Positions 13,897 through 27,456 are shown, numbered from the stretch's first letter. The stretch: DNA of 64,000 nucleotides from Auanema rhodensis (GCA_964057225.1 OZ059894.1:14136001-14200000), one strand, 5' to 3'. Made by a program: numbers and translations. The notes: a model not told the origin generated them from the sequence alone.

Positions 13897-14294
13897 TTTT
13901 AAAACTGAAAATTATAATCAATATTAGGTTCAAACAAATTTTAAAACAAACAAAATTTCTTTTTAATATTTTTATTCAACAGTTATTCAAGTCAAAGTTT
14001 TATAAGTATTAGGTCCTGCATGGAAATTCCTTTTGTTCACTAAAAAAAACGGTACGCAATTCGGGCAACACATTATCTGGAATAATGTTGAAGCTCCAGT
14101 TAATTTATGCAGTTAAGTTATTTTGTAAAAAGTTAGCTTTACTTTCGTAGTTCTTTATGATTAAAAGTAGTGAAAGATTCAATATGTTTCTATTTTTTTA
14201 TTTGGATGTGACATTAGTTACTTTTTTTTATTTGTGATTTTTCACTGGTTGTTGATCTCCGTTCCCATCATTGTTTTCCAGGTACAGAACCATC

Positions 14295-16409
14295 ATGCTG
14301 GGTTCACGCGCGTCTTCTGTTCAGAAATGTGCAAGACTTGCAGCTCGTCAGGTATGTTTGGTCAATGTTGTTTATACTGATAATATTTTTGAAGAGACTC
14401 TTTTCTACCGTACGATTTTCTGTAGCACCAGGTATGTCATAATTAATGTTACATTATTAGGTGTGTAAATTTTCAGTTAGATCGCGTTCATTAGTCGATA
14501 CGAACCGTACATCTTTAACTTCTCTGGTTTTTACTCCTATCCGCTCTATTCATGCTAGTGGAATTCATTGTATGTTCCAACCTGTGTGATTTTTGTTTAC
14601 TATAACTTGTTTGCAGTGGCTGATGTCATTGTTGTTGATGGACCAGCATTTGCTGAATCTATCTCTGAGGGAGATATTAGATGGCTTAAGCGTATGTTTT
14701 GTTTTTTTTTCGTTTCTAGTTGCTGCATTTTACAGAAAAAGGAGAGTTTGTCAAGGAAGATGAATTAGTTGCTGAGATTGAGACCGACAAGGTTATCACA
14801 ATTTAAAAATAAAATAGTACAGTATTATTATAGACTTCCGTTGAAGTGCCTGCTCCACAATCAGGAACTATTGTTGAACTCTTAGTTGAAGATGGTGCTA
14901 AAGTCACTGCTAAGCAGAAGTTGTACAAACTCCAACCTGGCGGTGATGGAGGAGCAGCTGCTTCTGTATAGTGTGTGATAATTTATTCAATTTTAGTTTT
15001 ATATTTAGGCACCTGCACCAAAGAAGGAAGAGCCTAAAGCAGCTCCTAAGCCGGCTGCTGCCGCTCCAACTCCAACTCCATCTCCTTCTCCATCAGCTTC
15101 CACCAAAGGTATGAAAATAAAATTGGTATATTAAAATATGCTGTATATCAGGAGATATCCCTAAGAGTGCCCCTGCCATTGCTAGACCACCAAGCGCTCC
15201 CGCATCTTCTACTCCAGTTACCTCAATCCCGGTTACTCGTGTTGTTGTTCCTCAAGGAGTAGATCCCGCTCATGCTATCAGCGGAAGTCGCGATGAGGCA
15301 ATGTTTAAAATCATTAGGTTATTAAATTCAGTGTTTAGGTTCGAGTGAAAATGAACCGCATGCGTCAACGTATCTCTCAGAGACTGAAGGATGCTCAAAG
15401 TACCTATGCTATGCTCACCACTTTTAATGAGATTGACATGAGGTTACATTTATTATCATAGAGCTAGCGATAACTGCTACAAGTTTTAGCCACATCATGG
15501 AAATGAGAACTAAGTATCAAAAAGAATTCACAAAAAAACATGGAATTAAGATAGGATTAATGTCTCCATTCGTCAAGGCTGCAGCTTACGCTCTTACAGA
15601 AATGCCAGTTGTAAACGCTGGTAGGTTACTAAAAATCTAATAATATAACTGTTTCGTGTGTCGTATAATGGCGCAACACGATAGTGCGCTGTTGCAGCGA
15701 GGGTCCAAGGTTCGGTTCCCACCCAAGACAACAAATTCCAGTTATGGTGTAATATCATAATTGAGCCGACGTCTTGGGATATAGAACCATCGATCGATCC
15801 TTCCTTCTCTAGAAAAATGGAGTTGGATGTTTGCACACTGATGAACATTTTAATAACTTTTATTTTTAGTCATCGATGAAAACGAAATTGTCTACCGTCA
15901 CTTTGTTGATATGTCTATTGCCGTTGCTACACCTAAAGGTCTCGTAGTTCCTGTTCTCAGAAATGTTGAGTCCATGAACTATGCTCAGGTTGAGCTTGAA
16001 TTAGCTGCTCTTGGAGAGAAGGTTATTTCAAAAATGTTTGAAGTTTAAATCATCGAATTATAGGCTCGTGACAACAAACTTGCTGTAGAAGATATGGATG
16101 GCGGAACCTTCACTATTTCCAATGGCGGAGTCTTTGGATCTGTCTTCGGAACCCCAATTATCAATCCTCCACAAAGTGCTATTCTTGGAATGCATGGAAT
16201 CTTTGACAGACCTGTTGCCATTAATGGAAAGGTTCCAGGAATAGCTTGGTTTTCTTCTTAACTTGGTATTTTAGGTTGAAATTCGTCCAATCATGCACAT
16301 CGCTCTCACCTACGATCACAGACTCATTGACGGAAGGGAGGCTGTTACTTTCTTGAAAAAAATCAAGACTGCAGTTGAAGATCCCCGTATTATGCTTATG
16401 AACCTCTAA
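14295..16409 (+). CDS. dlst-1: Dihydrolipoamide succinyltransferase (2-oxoglutarate dehydrogenase E2), mitochondrial
   Basis: Transit peptide, lipoyl domain [55 protein letters not shown] and catalytic [14 protein letters not shown]. Confidence 0.97.
15651..15846 (+). ncRNA. Candidate intronic structured RNA (snoRNA-like; class undetermined)
   Basis: GC-richer block in a 249-nt intron (the other dlst-1 introns are about 40-50 nt). Nested stems, paired ends, and ACA and CTGA at the 3' end. Confidence 0.55.
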
Positions 16410-16797
16410 GTCACCTCACTATGTGAAAACTCTGTGTGTTTCTTTTGCATCTTAATTATTCGTCTATGAACATAGTTAAATGGTTTATCTCCAAGGGAAC
16501 CAACAAAAATGCTTTTTATATTTTTGATCCTTAAGGTTTACTTAAAGATCATATTGATAGCACGAATTGTCTATAGAAATAGGAGGTCGTTTTTTGTCCT
16601 TAAAGTCTCAGTCATTAGTAAAAAAGATTATAGTAATTCGTGTTCATTATTTTAATTTTTTTTCAATCAAGCGCGTTTTCAGATATTCTATCACAGAGTC
16701 GACGGTTTAAATAAAAATCTCAAAGTTTATTTTACAGCCTTGAATTATTACAATGAACGAAAGATGGGAACTGTATGGACAAAAGGATAATATAATT

Positions 16798-17853
16798 CTA
16801 AACTCGAACGATATTTTTTCGGGAACGTAAGACGGTCTTCACTGTGTAGTGTTTGAGAAATAGAGAAATTCTAAACAGTTTGTATTAATTTGGTAATGAC
16901 CGAACAGAAACCTGCACAGACTAATCAACAAGAAGAATTCAATCATCGCGCACAAGACGAAAACGAAGAACAAACCAGAACAGAGTAGCTGAGAATCAAT
17001 AGTAATAATTTCGAATTTTCTTTTTATGTGATGAGCCAATGCACCATCGAAGAACACTGCACTAAATGTAGTCAACGCTCCGATCCAGGATAGAGAAATT
17101 AAATAGAGCTAAAATAATTGTTTCTCTACTTCAAGAAATAAGTGATACTTGATTTATAATAAGTAATCCTATTGGAAGACCCCAACCAGAAAGAATGGAA
17201 ATAACAAAGGAGCATGTGCTAATAAACAAAAAAACTTCATAATATGTCTGAAAAAATTAGTCAATTTAGTTTTTTCGTATTGTAAATGTATTCGTGTTTT
17301 GAATAAAACAGTTTTTTTCTCAAAAAAATGTAGAATAATTCGCACTATAGATTATTGATTATTAAATAATTCATTTTGAAATAAAAAGCATAAGTTATCG
17401 GTTGGTTTTTCTCTTTACAGTATTCCGTCAGTTATCTACAGTTTAAACGGAAAACAATTATTGAAATCAAAAGATATCTTGTTTAAAAACATCACAATTA
17501 CCACAGAGAAACCACTAGTATAATATAGCATTTCAAGGAAAATATCTCCTCGATTAGAAGTTGAAACAATTAATCTTGTAACATAAAAGCATAGAAGAAC
17601 TCTAGCAAACTTCTATAACATTCATTATGTTATGACAGAGCAATACTATAAAAAATATATACCGCAGTGCTTATGCCACAGGTATGCTTAAGGTCAGCAA
17701 TACTTTTATCATCAGCTTCCAACCATCTGAATATGTATTGTTGCCAGTAAATATTATGAATTAAAATTACGCTTGCTTAACGGTGCCAATAAAACTTCTT
17801 TTATCCTTATCTCCGCCTTCTACGGAAGCAGACGATTGTACCAAAGGAGCCAT
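16798..17853 (-). CDS. Uncharacterised multi-pass membrane protein (paralogue B)
   Basis: MAPLVQSSASVEGG..., several hydrophobic exons, ending LCR|ISLFLKHYTVK...VRV*. Middle exon structure uncertain. Confidence 0.6.
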
Positions 17854-18236
17854 TCTCTATAGCAAGTAATAAAAAATAAAATAATTTATCAAAGCAACAA
17901 TGTTCAATAACGATTAACAGCTAACAAAGCAAACAATTGGATTAACCTAGCTAATTATTAAATTAATAAGCGATAACATTACCACAAATCGGTGGGTGGA
18001 TATATCTGTTTGAGGTTAGAAACTGAAACCGAACGTGAAACTGGCAGAATGAAATTTGTTATAGTTTTAAAATAAAAACAAAACATAGGAAGATATTTGA
18101 AAGAAAGTAAGAAAAACGAGATTCAAATCGCAACAGAAAAGATGGATGATCAAACAAAACAGAACACATACCAAAATTTCTTTAAAAAATGCACAATTCT
18201 GAGAAGATACTAAAAAACACATTTCAGCGCTAACTG

Positions 18237-19183
18237 TTAACACGAAAACAATGACTGCCGTTGCTTAGGAACAATGCTGGTTCTGTAGTGATAGAAATAT
18301 CGGAAAATTCTGTAAAATGATGGTTTAAGATTTATATTTTTAATAAAAATGAAACCAATATATACAAGAAAGCAAACCTGCACTGAATGAATAAATTGAG
18401 CACATATCCAAATAAGATGATGTACGATGTGAAGTAGACACTTTTTGCATATGAAGAGTTAATATCAATTCGATAAATGGTATTATAGATGTATTCGATT
18501 AAATACCTCAACGAGGTAAAAAAAGTAACAACAAGTACGAAAGACTGAAAGATATTAGCATTTCAGTAATATTGTTCTTCAACTTACATCATGTACCATT
18601 ACTGGCAGTAAGGTTAAAGGATGATGATATACGATGGAGATAAACATAGAGAGTAGTGAGGTGAGATAGAGATGACCAAAACTAATATTGGATGAAAATC
18701 CAAAGTTCTAAGCATAACATTAACAAACGAAAATATATATAACTTACATCAACAGTGATCCCACTTACTTTCTTGATGAAGGCAGACCCGAAATTATAAG
18801 TAAAGTATGGACTGAGAACATAATAAACTAATAAAATCACAGAAACATGCTAAACAAGAGAAAAATATTAAAACTTTTAAAGTAAAAGCTTGCCTTCGTA
18901 GAGATACCTAAAGTAAGCTCCATATGAGCTTCCCGAGGTAAAAAAGTTGTTACTACGAGGTTAATTCTAAGAATATAAGAACAAACAATAGAGCCACAGT
19001 GTTTTTGATAAACCTTTTCTTGCATTCCTTAAAGATATTGGATGAAGAGTACGGAATTCTTGGCAGGGGTCTGTCTACAGGCACACAAGGTGGTGCATAA
19101 ATTGGTCGATCTATGGATACAAACGAATGTGAAGGGACTGCCGAAACGGATGGGTCAACTAATTGACGTTCTTCCGCAAGCAT
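18237..19183 (-). CDS. Uncharacterised multi-pass membrane protein (paralogue A)
   Basis: Open spliced frame through a 14-nt micro-exon, about four hydrophobic segments, ending QCR|IFRYFYHYRT...FSC*. Same last-intron position and phase as the neighbouring gene. Confidence 0.7.
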
Positions 19184-21161
19184 TTCTGAAACAAAAATAC
19201 TAATATATAATTCGAAAAAAACTAAGAGCAGGGTTGCAGAATCTTAAATTATTTAAGTTTACAAGAGATAAGTACATTTATTTATATTGTTGAAAAACAA
19301 AAATATATATTGTGCACACAAACATGGAATTTTTTTAGGCGCGTTATTATTTACGTTATCTTAACACACATGAATCACGTCAACAGTGTATTGTTGATTT
19401 TTTAATTAATTGAAACGGTTGGTGTTGCTGTGATTGAGGGCGTGTAGCTAATGAAGTGTTTAAGATCTGTTAGATTTTTATCTATTCCATAATGATTAAG
19501 TTTTTATGATTACTGGGTGATGGTGAATCTTGAACCCATCATTGTTTTTCACTGAAAGTCACTATAAGATAAATATTTTAACAAGAATTAATAATTTTTA
19601 ACTTTTAATTTTATGTAACAAATATAATTTTTTAAAGATTGTTTATGCTATGAAGAGAAAAACAATACATAATGAAGCATTTTCATCTTTTTGCTTCGAA
19701 AAGTTTGAAGTTTAAGTAACTAGCTATCGTCTCCAAGTTCAGTTTCTTGTGGGGTTTCGAGTGACAACAGGCTTTACACCTTTAGCATCTAGTTCCTCTT
19801 TATGTTGATGCATTCGTATGTTATAACCAATTTCAACTTCCATTAAGGATTCATGTTTTCTGATTCATTATGAGAAAAGTTTAAAGCTTAGCAATTGAAT
19901 ATATACTTAAAATGTCATCATTTTTTTGTAGTATTTATATATTATTTATTTCGTTCGAAACTATATTATGTTCAGGTAAGTATCTGATAATGTGTAAACA
20001 AACTAATGTTCATGAAGCAAATAAATAGAACAAGAAGAGATTTCTTTTATTTTCAATTCTTTTACTTGTAACTTTCATTATTGCTATTATATTTTAAATC
20101 TTTTAATTACTTATTAGATTTTACATAATATCATCTTACAATTCCTCATTGTGACATCAATTTTTTCCATTAGAAATTATCAGTTTTCGAGTTTCCTAAA
20201 TATGATCAAACCACACCCCGTAATCATTAAAATCAACGATTCCAAACAAGGTTTCTCTTTAGAAGATATTTCTTGATTTCTATGACTTTTGTAATTGATT
20301 ACTTATTTGTATTGTATAGTATTTATATATAATTTATAAATATTAAACATTAATTGTATTTCATTATTGGAATTATGAAAACTTTTGATCTTAGTTCTTA
20401 CAAATGAGTCATAGTTTCATTATAATTTGCTTCAATCTTAAAATTACAAAGATCTTTCAACATAATTAATTATTCCTCCTTCATAGTATTCAACTTTTCA
20501 GAAGTATTCACAGTTATACTAAGATGTATTTACGTTCTCACGATATCAATGATGTTCTATGAGAGTGATGCGAACTCATTCCCGTGACTACGAACCTATT
20601 GAATAGAAATCTTGGTACACTCTTAGACCAAGAAGTTACTTAACTCACTGACAATTATTTGATTAGTTTTTCTGATCCTTTAAGCTTCAATCTTCTGGAA
20701 TAAAAATACTTCGTGAGTTTTCATTAATCATTACAAAACTTAAGTGAATTTGAACAGCTTCGAATAAAGATGAATCATTTGAGAGTTAGTGATAAGAATT
20801 GTTTCGGAAAAATTATCTGAAACAAATTACTTTTTTCTGTTCAATAACCTTATCATGACTTGTTATGATAAAGAAAAAAAACTAGTAGAATGATATTCAG
20901 TTATATTATTCGTTTCTATGCTCGACAATGAAAATCTAACGGGGGGTGGCTGAACCACTATGTCTGTGATTCAGAAATATTGTATTGAAATGTTTCCACC
21001 ATTTTTCCTTTAAAAATTGATTGCTTTGTTAACTTCGTTATTCGTTTTTCATGATTTTTCTCGTTTCTGTTTTCTTTTTTTTTTAAATTTAAGTCATTAA
21101 TTAGCGTGAAGTGATAGAGTACTAAATATGAAGTAGTAAGAATAGAAATCGGTACATATAG

Positions 21162-21234
21162 GGTCTTGTGGTGTAGCGGTTATCACGTCTGCTTTACACG
21201 CAGAAGGTCGTCGGTTCGATCCCGGCCAAGACCT
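21162..21234 (+). tRNA. tRNA-Val (anticodon TAC)
   Basis: GGTCTTG/CAAGACC acceptor stem, A box TGGTGTAGCGG, anticodon arm TCTGC-TTTACAC-GCAGA, B box GGTTCGATCCC, and a downstream TTTT terminator. Confidence 0.97.
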
Positions 21235-23532
21235 GCTCTTTTATGAAATTTTAAGTTTTTTTATTAGTCTGTTTATATGTACTCTGATACATGCGGAGAA
21301 CATTTATGCATTGACGAGAAAGGCAATAGCAGCTAATCAAAGAAATGAGTGATGTTTAATGGACACACTCCAGTCGAATATTAATTGTGGAAATAAATAT
21401 ATGTGGCTGTTCATTTTGTGATACTTTGACCATTTATGAATAATCTTGATAATTTCTCTTTTTCCAGTGACTCAGTTATGAATCAGAAACCGGAAAATGA
21501 AAGATATATCAAAGCTTCACAATAAGAATTACTAATTCAAAAAAAAGGTTCTTGTTGTGAGTTTGACATTGCCGAACACTTGCACTACATAATAGTTTCA
21601 ATAGTTCCAGAAAACGTTTTTAAATGTTCAGTAATATTCCCAAAAATCTTTGTTATTCTTCCATTTTACTATTAGTTTACATTCATCATTAACACAAGCT
21701 AGTAAGAATATCTTAATAAGTGTGGTTCTTGTAATTTTTCTATTTGTTTGAAAATTTTATTAATGGTGTTGGTCAACGCACGAATTTTATTCGAAATAAA
21801 ATAAACGAAAAGCTCTACACAATCAGTCTATGTCGTTGTTCTAATTCTTAACAGGTCCTCAGGGCAAATACCGTATTATTATAACTATATAACGAAGAAA
21901 CGGTGTTGTGAAGAAATGAAGCATGTGCACCAATCTCGTCAAGCGGCTTCTCTTTCATTAATGAACTGTCGTGGGTGTGCTCTCTATTTCTTCATTCTTC
22001 CCCATCTCCTTTTCTCATTCTCCCTCCCACATTCGGCCCTCTCATCCGATCTTTATGAACAGATAGAATGGACCTGCATGTGCCAGCTCATCTGTTCTGT
22101 TTGCTCATTTCGTATTGACACTTGCTGCTGCTTCTCCTTCTCCACCTGGTCCAGCCTACCCTTCAGCTACGGACAGTGCAGCTTCTGTTCTATCTCTCAT
22201 CGTTTTGTACATTCTTCGTCTCACCTTCCCTCTTCTCTTTAACCTAATCTCTATTCCTCTGTATTTTTCTATTGCTGAACGTGACGAGACAGAGATAATT
22301 CAAATTCAAGCGAACGCTGCAGCATAGGCGACTTGCTTCATCTAATAGCACCCACAAATTTCACATTGTACAGGAATTGGTCATCATAAATCGTGAGACT
22401 CTATTTGGCCTCGTCTAAGAAATTTCTTTTCTTCAGATAGCCACCAGATAAAATTTCAACTATATCCGTTGTGTCTTCGTACTTGCTTCATGTCATGCTC
22501 GTCTCGTGGAACCCATGAGCTTTGTATTGTATTATTCTTAAACCTTTCTACCTACTTTCATAACTCTCTTTGTTGTTATTCTTTGCTCTTTTATCATATA
22601 ATACTACTGTAAATTCAATTTTACTCTTTATCTCCTTGAGAATATTTTGCGCGAAACACCTCATCCAGTAATTAGATGTTGTTCGTCATCTTTTAATATT
22701 CGTATACAATATTGCAAGCATTTGCTCATAGTAAACCAAGTTCTATCCAATTCAACTCAACTTTCCGCTTTTCTCATAATCATAAAAGTGTATCAACGAT
22801 CATATTCTCTTTCTCTCTCATTATTCTTTGAAGGCACCTTATACGGTTCCAATTAGCCTAATCGTTTGTTTGCTTTCACCTTGCTAGTAATCATATTACG
22901 TCACACAACCAGCGACTGACCACACTATGGGATAAGGATTCATTTTCCATTCTCAATGTTGCCAACGGCGGTACGACTACTGAAAAAGAATATGATCATA
23001 CTATATATTGAAATACTAAATGAGAGCGTATAAAGAAGAGAACACTTAAGAACGTTTGAAGGGAAACTGGAGTAGTTCCGACTTCGTGGGAGGGTATATT
23101 CCTTTCCAGAGAATATCCTGCTCTTCAGCCGCTTTCTGCCACAACGTTCAGTGAATATAAATCTTCAGAGTTGACACTCAGTGCAATATTTCATTGAATA
23201 AATTTTGCCGTTTTTTGGTTCATTTGTCAAACAATGAAAAAGATCAAAATCCCTACAATCAAAAAGCGGCAAGAATGTTGCGGATGGTTTATTTACCATG
23301 AAGTTAATGCCGTCATCTGAGGAACACCCACACGGACAGTCCTCTTGTTCAGAATACCTCACATACTATCGGACTTTCATTTTTCTCGCTCTCTTGATTT
23401 ATCTGGTAAGCTTGGTTTATTCCTCAGTCTTTTTCCCTTGCGCTTTTTCAAATTTGAAATCTGAGGAATCTTCTATTTATTCAGATTATTGAACTATATA
23501 TAATATGACAGAGACCTATACTAGTATATAGA

Positions 23533-23536
<4 letters not shown>

Positions 23537-23567
<31 letters not shown>
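23537..23567. repeat. (CT)n microsatellite
   Basis: Uninterrupted TC dinucleotide run. Confidence 0.95.
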
Positions 23568-23570
<3 letters not shown>

Positions 23571-24847
23571 ATTCTCTCTCGCAGTCCTTCTCTGCATCAT
23601 CATATAGTAAGAACAAATTATTAAAATACTAACTGTAAACGTTGTGTTACATCTAGTGTCATTTAAGCTTTAACTCAACTATCTTTGATACTTGTTAAGT
23701 AGACTTACTCAAATCAAACAACATCTAAGTTTCATTCAAGTTTACACGAACTTTGTTAAGACAACAAAAAAAATAAAGACAATTTTGCTCGTGATTGCTT
23801 ATTTTTCGAACTCTGGCAGTCTTGTACTTTCTTAAAATCAACAACTTTTGTAGTTTATTTAGTAAAAGTTCTAATGCGAAGATGTATATAATATCTAAGT
23901 AGTAATACGTTTTTTGATATAATTGCTTTTATCCACTTTGGATACAAAGAACAGAATTTCTTCTAATACATCAGAAAACATCCATCATATTTACCGAAAC
24001 TGTTCGAATGTTTTTCGATTATCGTCCCAGTAATTATTAATAATGAAAGTAATTATTAAACCTACTCTTATTTTATTATCATTTAAAGAAGGTTTAAAAT
24101 ATATTTTATATCAAACAACAACAGCTCTTTGATGTAGCATTTTGGCCTTGATAGCCAATTGAAATTTCTCCTATATTGTTCTTCACGGCTGTTTGCCATG
24201 GATGGACCCAGATCTTAATACATTCCCTTTCAATAAATCATTTCAGAAGGTAATCTTATCAAATCAAGCTCGTCATTTTCTTCTTTTTCTTAAATTTGAA
24301 ACGTTCCACCGTTCCATGAAGAACACACGACGTCATCAATGAACATTCACGATAAAAGCTCTTCTTGCAACTCTCTCTCACCTTTAAAATATTTTTTAAT
24401 ATTTACTAAAGATATGTCGCAATTAATCTTTATAGCTATATCAAAAAATATTTATAAAAATGTTTAAAGCCTTTGTTTTATTTTTAAAAAAAACTTGATA
24501 TCTCTTCATTTCAAACAGTATTTTTTTTGTTTTTACCATTTCTTTCAATTAAAAAATTCTAATCGACCCAAAAATCTGAAACGAGATTGCACGTCTGATT
24601 TTTGAAACCATAATAACACAATCAGCTGGTTCCACCATTTCTCATCATCCTCTCTTTCAGTCAACCCCCTCCCCCCCCACTGTTATCGTCGGATACAATT
24701 ATCCATTAGCAGATTGAATGATACCCTTTTATCATAAATGATAAAATTAGATCAATATAAATGTTTTTCTTCTTAATAATTTTTAAATAACTAATATTCA
24801 TTTCATTTTATCATTATATTTCAGATGTCTGATAGGGACGTCTAACT

Positions 24848-27456
24848 ATGAGAAACGTGAATATTTGTCTCATAGCTCTTGCTTCACTACTATTTCTACT
24901 AATTAACTTATATGGACTTTTAGAAATTTTAAGATATTTTAAACTTAAGCAGTTAAGAGATTTGAAAGATCGCTTAAAAGGTATTAAGTTATCTTATGTT
25001 TATCTAATTATAAAAGTTTTTTTCTTCAGAAAATCGTATACGCGGCGAGAATCCAAATTGGCATACTTTATATACTAGCACATCTCAATATGATTTAGAT
25101 GATCATGATTATACAACGAAAAAACATAATATTATATCAAAAATTCATTTTTTATCTACAATATCACCGAAAGTAATTACTTCTACGGTTCCTTCTACTA
25201 CTATTAGTGATATTACTAGTACTACTACTGAAATAGAAGAAACAACAACAACTCGCATACATGTAACAACACATGTATGTTATTTTACATTTTTAATTTA
25301 GTGAAAGATTTGAACGGTTCAATCTACAACCCTCATGTTTTAGAAAATTATTCCACAAACAATAACTTCACATACTGTTCCTTCAACAATTCGGGTTACA
25401 ACAAAGAAACATGATTTTGTTAGTTCTTCTATTCTTCATATTTGAAATTTCTAAGAAAAACATTTATCATAATTCTATAATCTTCTAGATTCCTGAAGTT
25501 ACTACTCCACGCATAATAGTTACTACTAAGCCCGACTGGTTTGAAGACAGTCGCCAGATTGAGGAACGGAGACGTCAGAACGCAGAGCGTCGCCGTCAGC
25601 AGTACCTACAAGAAGAACAGAACCGTCGTCTGAAAGAAGAAGAGGAAAAAAAAAGGATCGAGCAAGACATCGAAGAGAGAAAAAGAAAGGAAGAAGCGGA
25701 AAGAGAGAAAATTCGTTGGCTGGGAGAAGAGCGACGTCGAAAAGAACACAAAGAAAAGATGGAAGCTCGTAGACTTAAAGCACTGGAGGAACAAAAACAG
25801 CAAATGATACTGCAGCAGGCTCGTGAAAGAGCTGAACTAGAAGCTAAACGACGATCTGAAGAGGAAAAACAGATTCTAGCGGAAGTTCAGAAAAAAGAAC
25901 GTGAACGTTTGGAAGCTGAGGAGAAGAAGGAACTGCTCAAGAAGCAACATTACGAGAAGGAGCAAAGACGCTTGGCAGAACTTCAACATCTGGAAAGAGA
26001 AAAACTTCGTGAAGAACTTCATGCTATAGCAAAATTACGAGAACAACAAAAAGAAGAAGCAGAAGAAGGTAAAACCATACAGATGAGCCTAGAAGAAGAT
26101 TACGACGATCAAGAGGATGAGGACTTCAAAAAAACCGTAAAAACTACGACTGAGCCTCAATCTTTACAAGAAAATCAAGAAACTTCTGTTAGTGCTAGCC
26201 AAGAGCCTTATCATATTGAGGGAGATTGGTCGGTTGGAAGACATCGTCATACTTCAACTTCATCACCAGTTGATGACCTTGTAGAAACACCAGAACCACC
26301 TAGAAAGTTAGATTATATTCTCATTTAATATCTAATTTTGAATAATTTAGTGATGAAATTACAATCGTCACAGCTCTACTAGACATTGGACGAGGAGACT
26401 GGTTTCATTATCAACGACCACTCGAGAAATATCACGAATTCATGGAAAACCTGCTCAGTCTACAAAATAATATGGTGCTTTGAACTCTCAATTAGATTAT
26501 ATAACCTTTTCTTATTCCAGGTCATATTCACAGATCATTCAAGTTATGATTTCATCCACAAATATCGTAAAAATCTAGGTTTAATGCCGATGACCCGAGT
26601 ATGCGATAAAGCCTTATATCTTAACTCTTGTAAATTTTTTTTCAGATCCATTTAGTCAACATAGATGATCTTCCATTGTCTAGACATTTGCCTTATGCTC
26701 AAAAAATTATTGAAGACGAAATGAATAATGATGAGTTATACTTACATGATCCAGATATGAAAAATCATCCTGAGGCAAAATCTGCAGAATATGACATTGT
26801 CGTCAATTCAAAAACATATTTTCTTTACAACACTACGGTACATAAAACAAATTTATGTTGCTTTTCTAATTTTTTAAATTTAGCTTGAAGATCCATTCCA
26901 AACCGATTTCTTTGTTTGGATCGATGCCGGTTATGGTCATGGGAATCAAAATGTTTATCCTTATGATAACTTCTGGAAACCAACCTTCCCTAGAAATAAA
27001 ATATCAATGATCAAAGTAACCTTAGTTTTTTTGAACGGCTAGCACGAATTGAAACATTTCAGTTAACCCCAGAGCATGATTCCATCAAGAATTATAAGAT
27101 TGATAACCTTTATCGCCGAAACTGGTCTGTTGTTTCTGGTGGATTTATAGCTGGAGACAAAAGGTTAGTCGAAACTATTTTATTCCAAACTTTGATACAA
27201 ATATCAATTTAGAAGCATTGGACAACTTTACACTGTTACTCATAACAAATTTATACATTTGATATATCAGAACAAAGTTGACGATGATCAGGTTTGATAC
27301 TCTAAAACAAAAACCTAATGCATCCATCCGCTTTAGACAGTTATGGTTTTGGCTATCAACTCTTATCCTCATCTATTCGATATCAAACAAGGTGATTGGT
27401 TCGACGCATTCCGGCTTTATTCAGACCCAGCAACACCTTTCGGACAAAAGTTCTAA
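24848..27456 (+). CDS. Type II membrane protein with Thr-rich stem, E/R/K-rich helix and C-terminal HtrL/YibB-like (putative glycosyltransferase) domain
   Basis: N-terminal TM segment; charged helical ORF 25759-26328; ITIVTALLDIGRGDW, YDIVVNSKTYFL, FVWIDAGYGHG, VSGGFIAG, VDDDQ and GDWFDAF motifs. Confidence 0.8.

Noticed and set aside
15651-15846. Assigning the dlst-1 intronic element as telomerase RNA, RNase P/MRP or U17
   Set aside because: It has no TTAGGC-complementary template, incomplete CR-I to CR-V matches and no U17 m1 motif. It is left unclassified.
19720-20820. Exon-like minus-strand blocks whose stops are all TAA/TAG, hinting at stop-codon reassignment
   Set aside because: Neighbouring genes terminate normally with TAA and TAG, and the frames do not join consistently. 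A relic or chance pattern is more likely.
21916-22327. ORFs of 108 and 70 aa; TAGCACC miRNA-seed-like sequence nearby
   Set aside because: The sequence is pyrimidine-rich and low-complexity without splice support, and there is no precursor hairpin.
22950-24380. Cys-rich minus-strand ORF (CPCGC...CTECQL*) with an in-frame TGA, suggesting a selenoprotein or readthrough
   Set aside because: The same frame also has TAA and TAG stops upstream, and I saw no SECIS-like element. At best it is a decayed gene with no recognisable homology.
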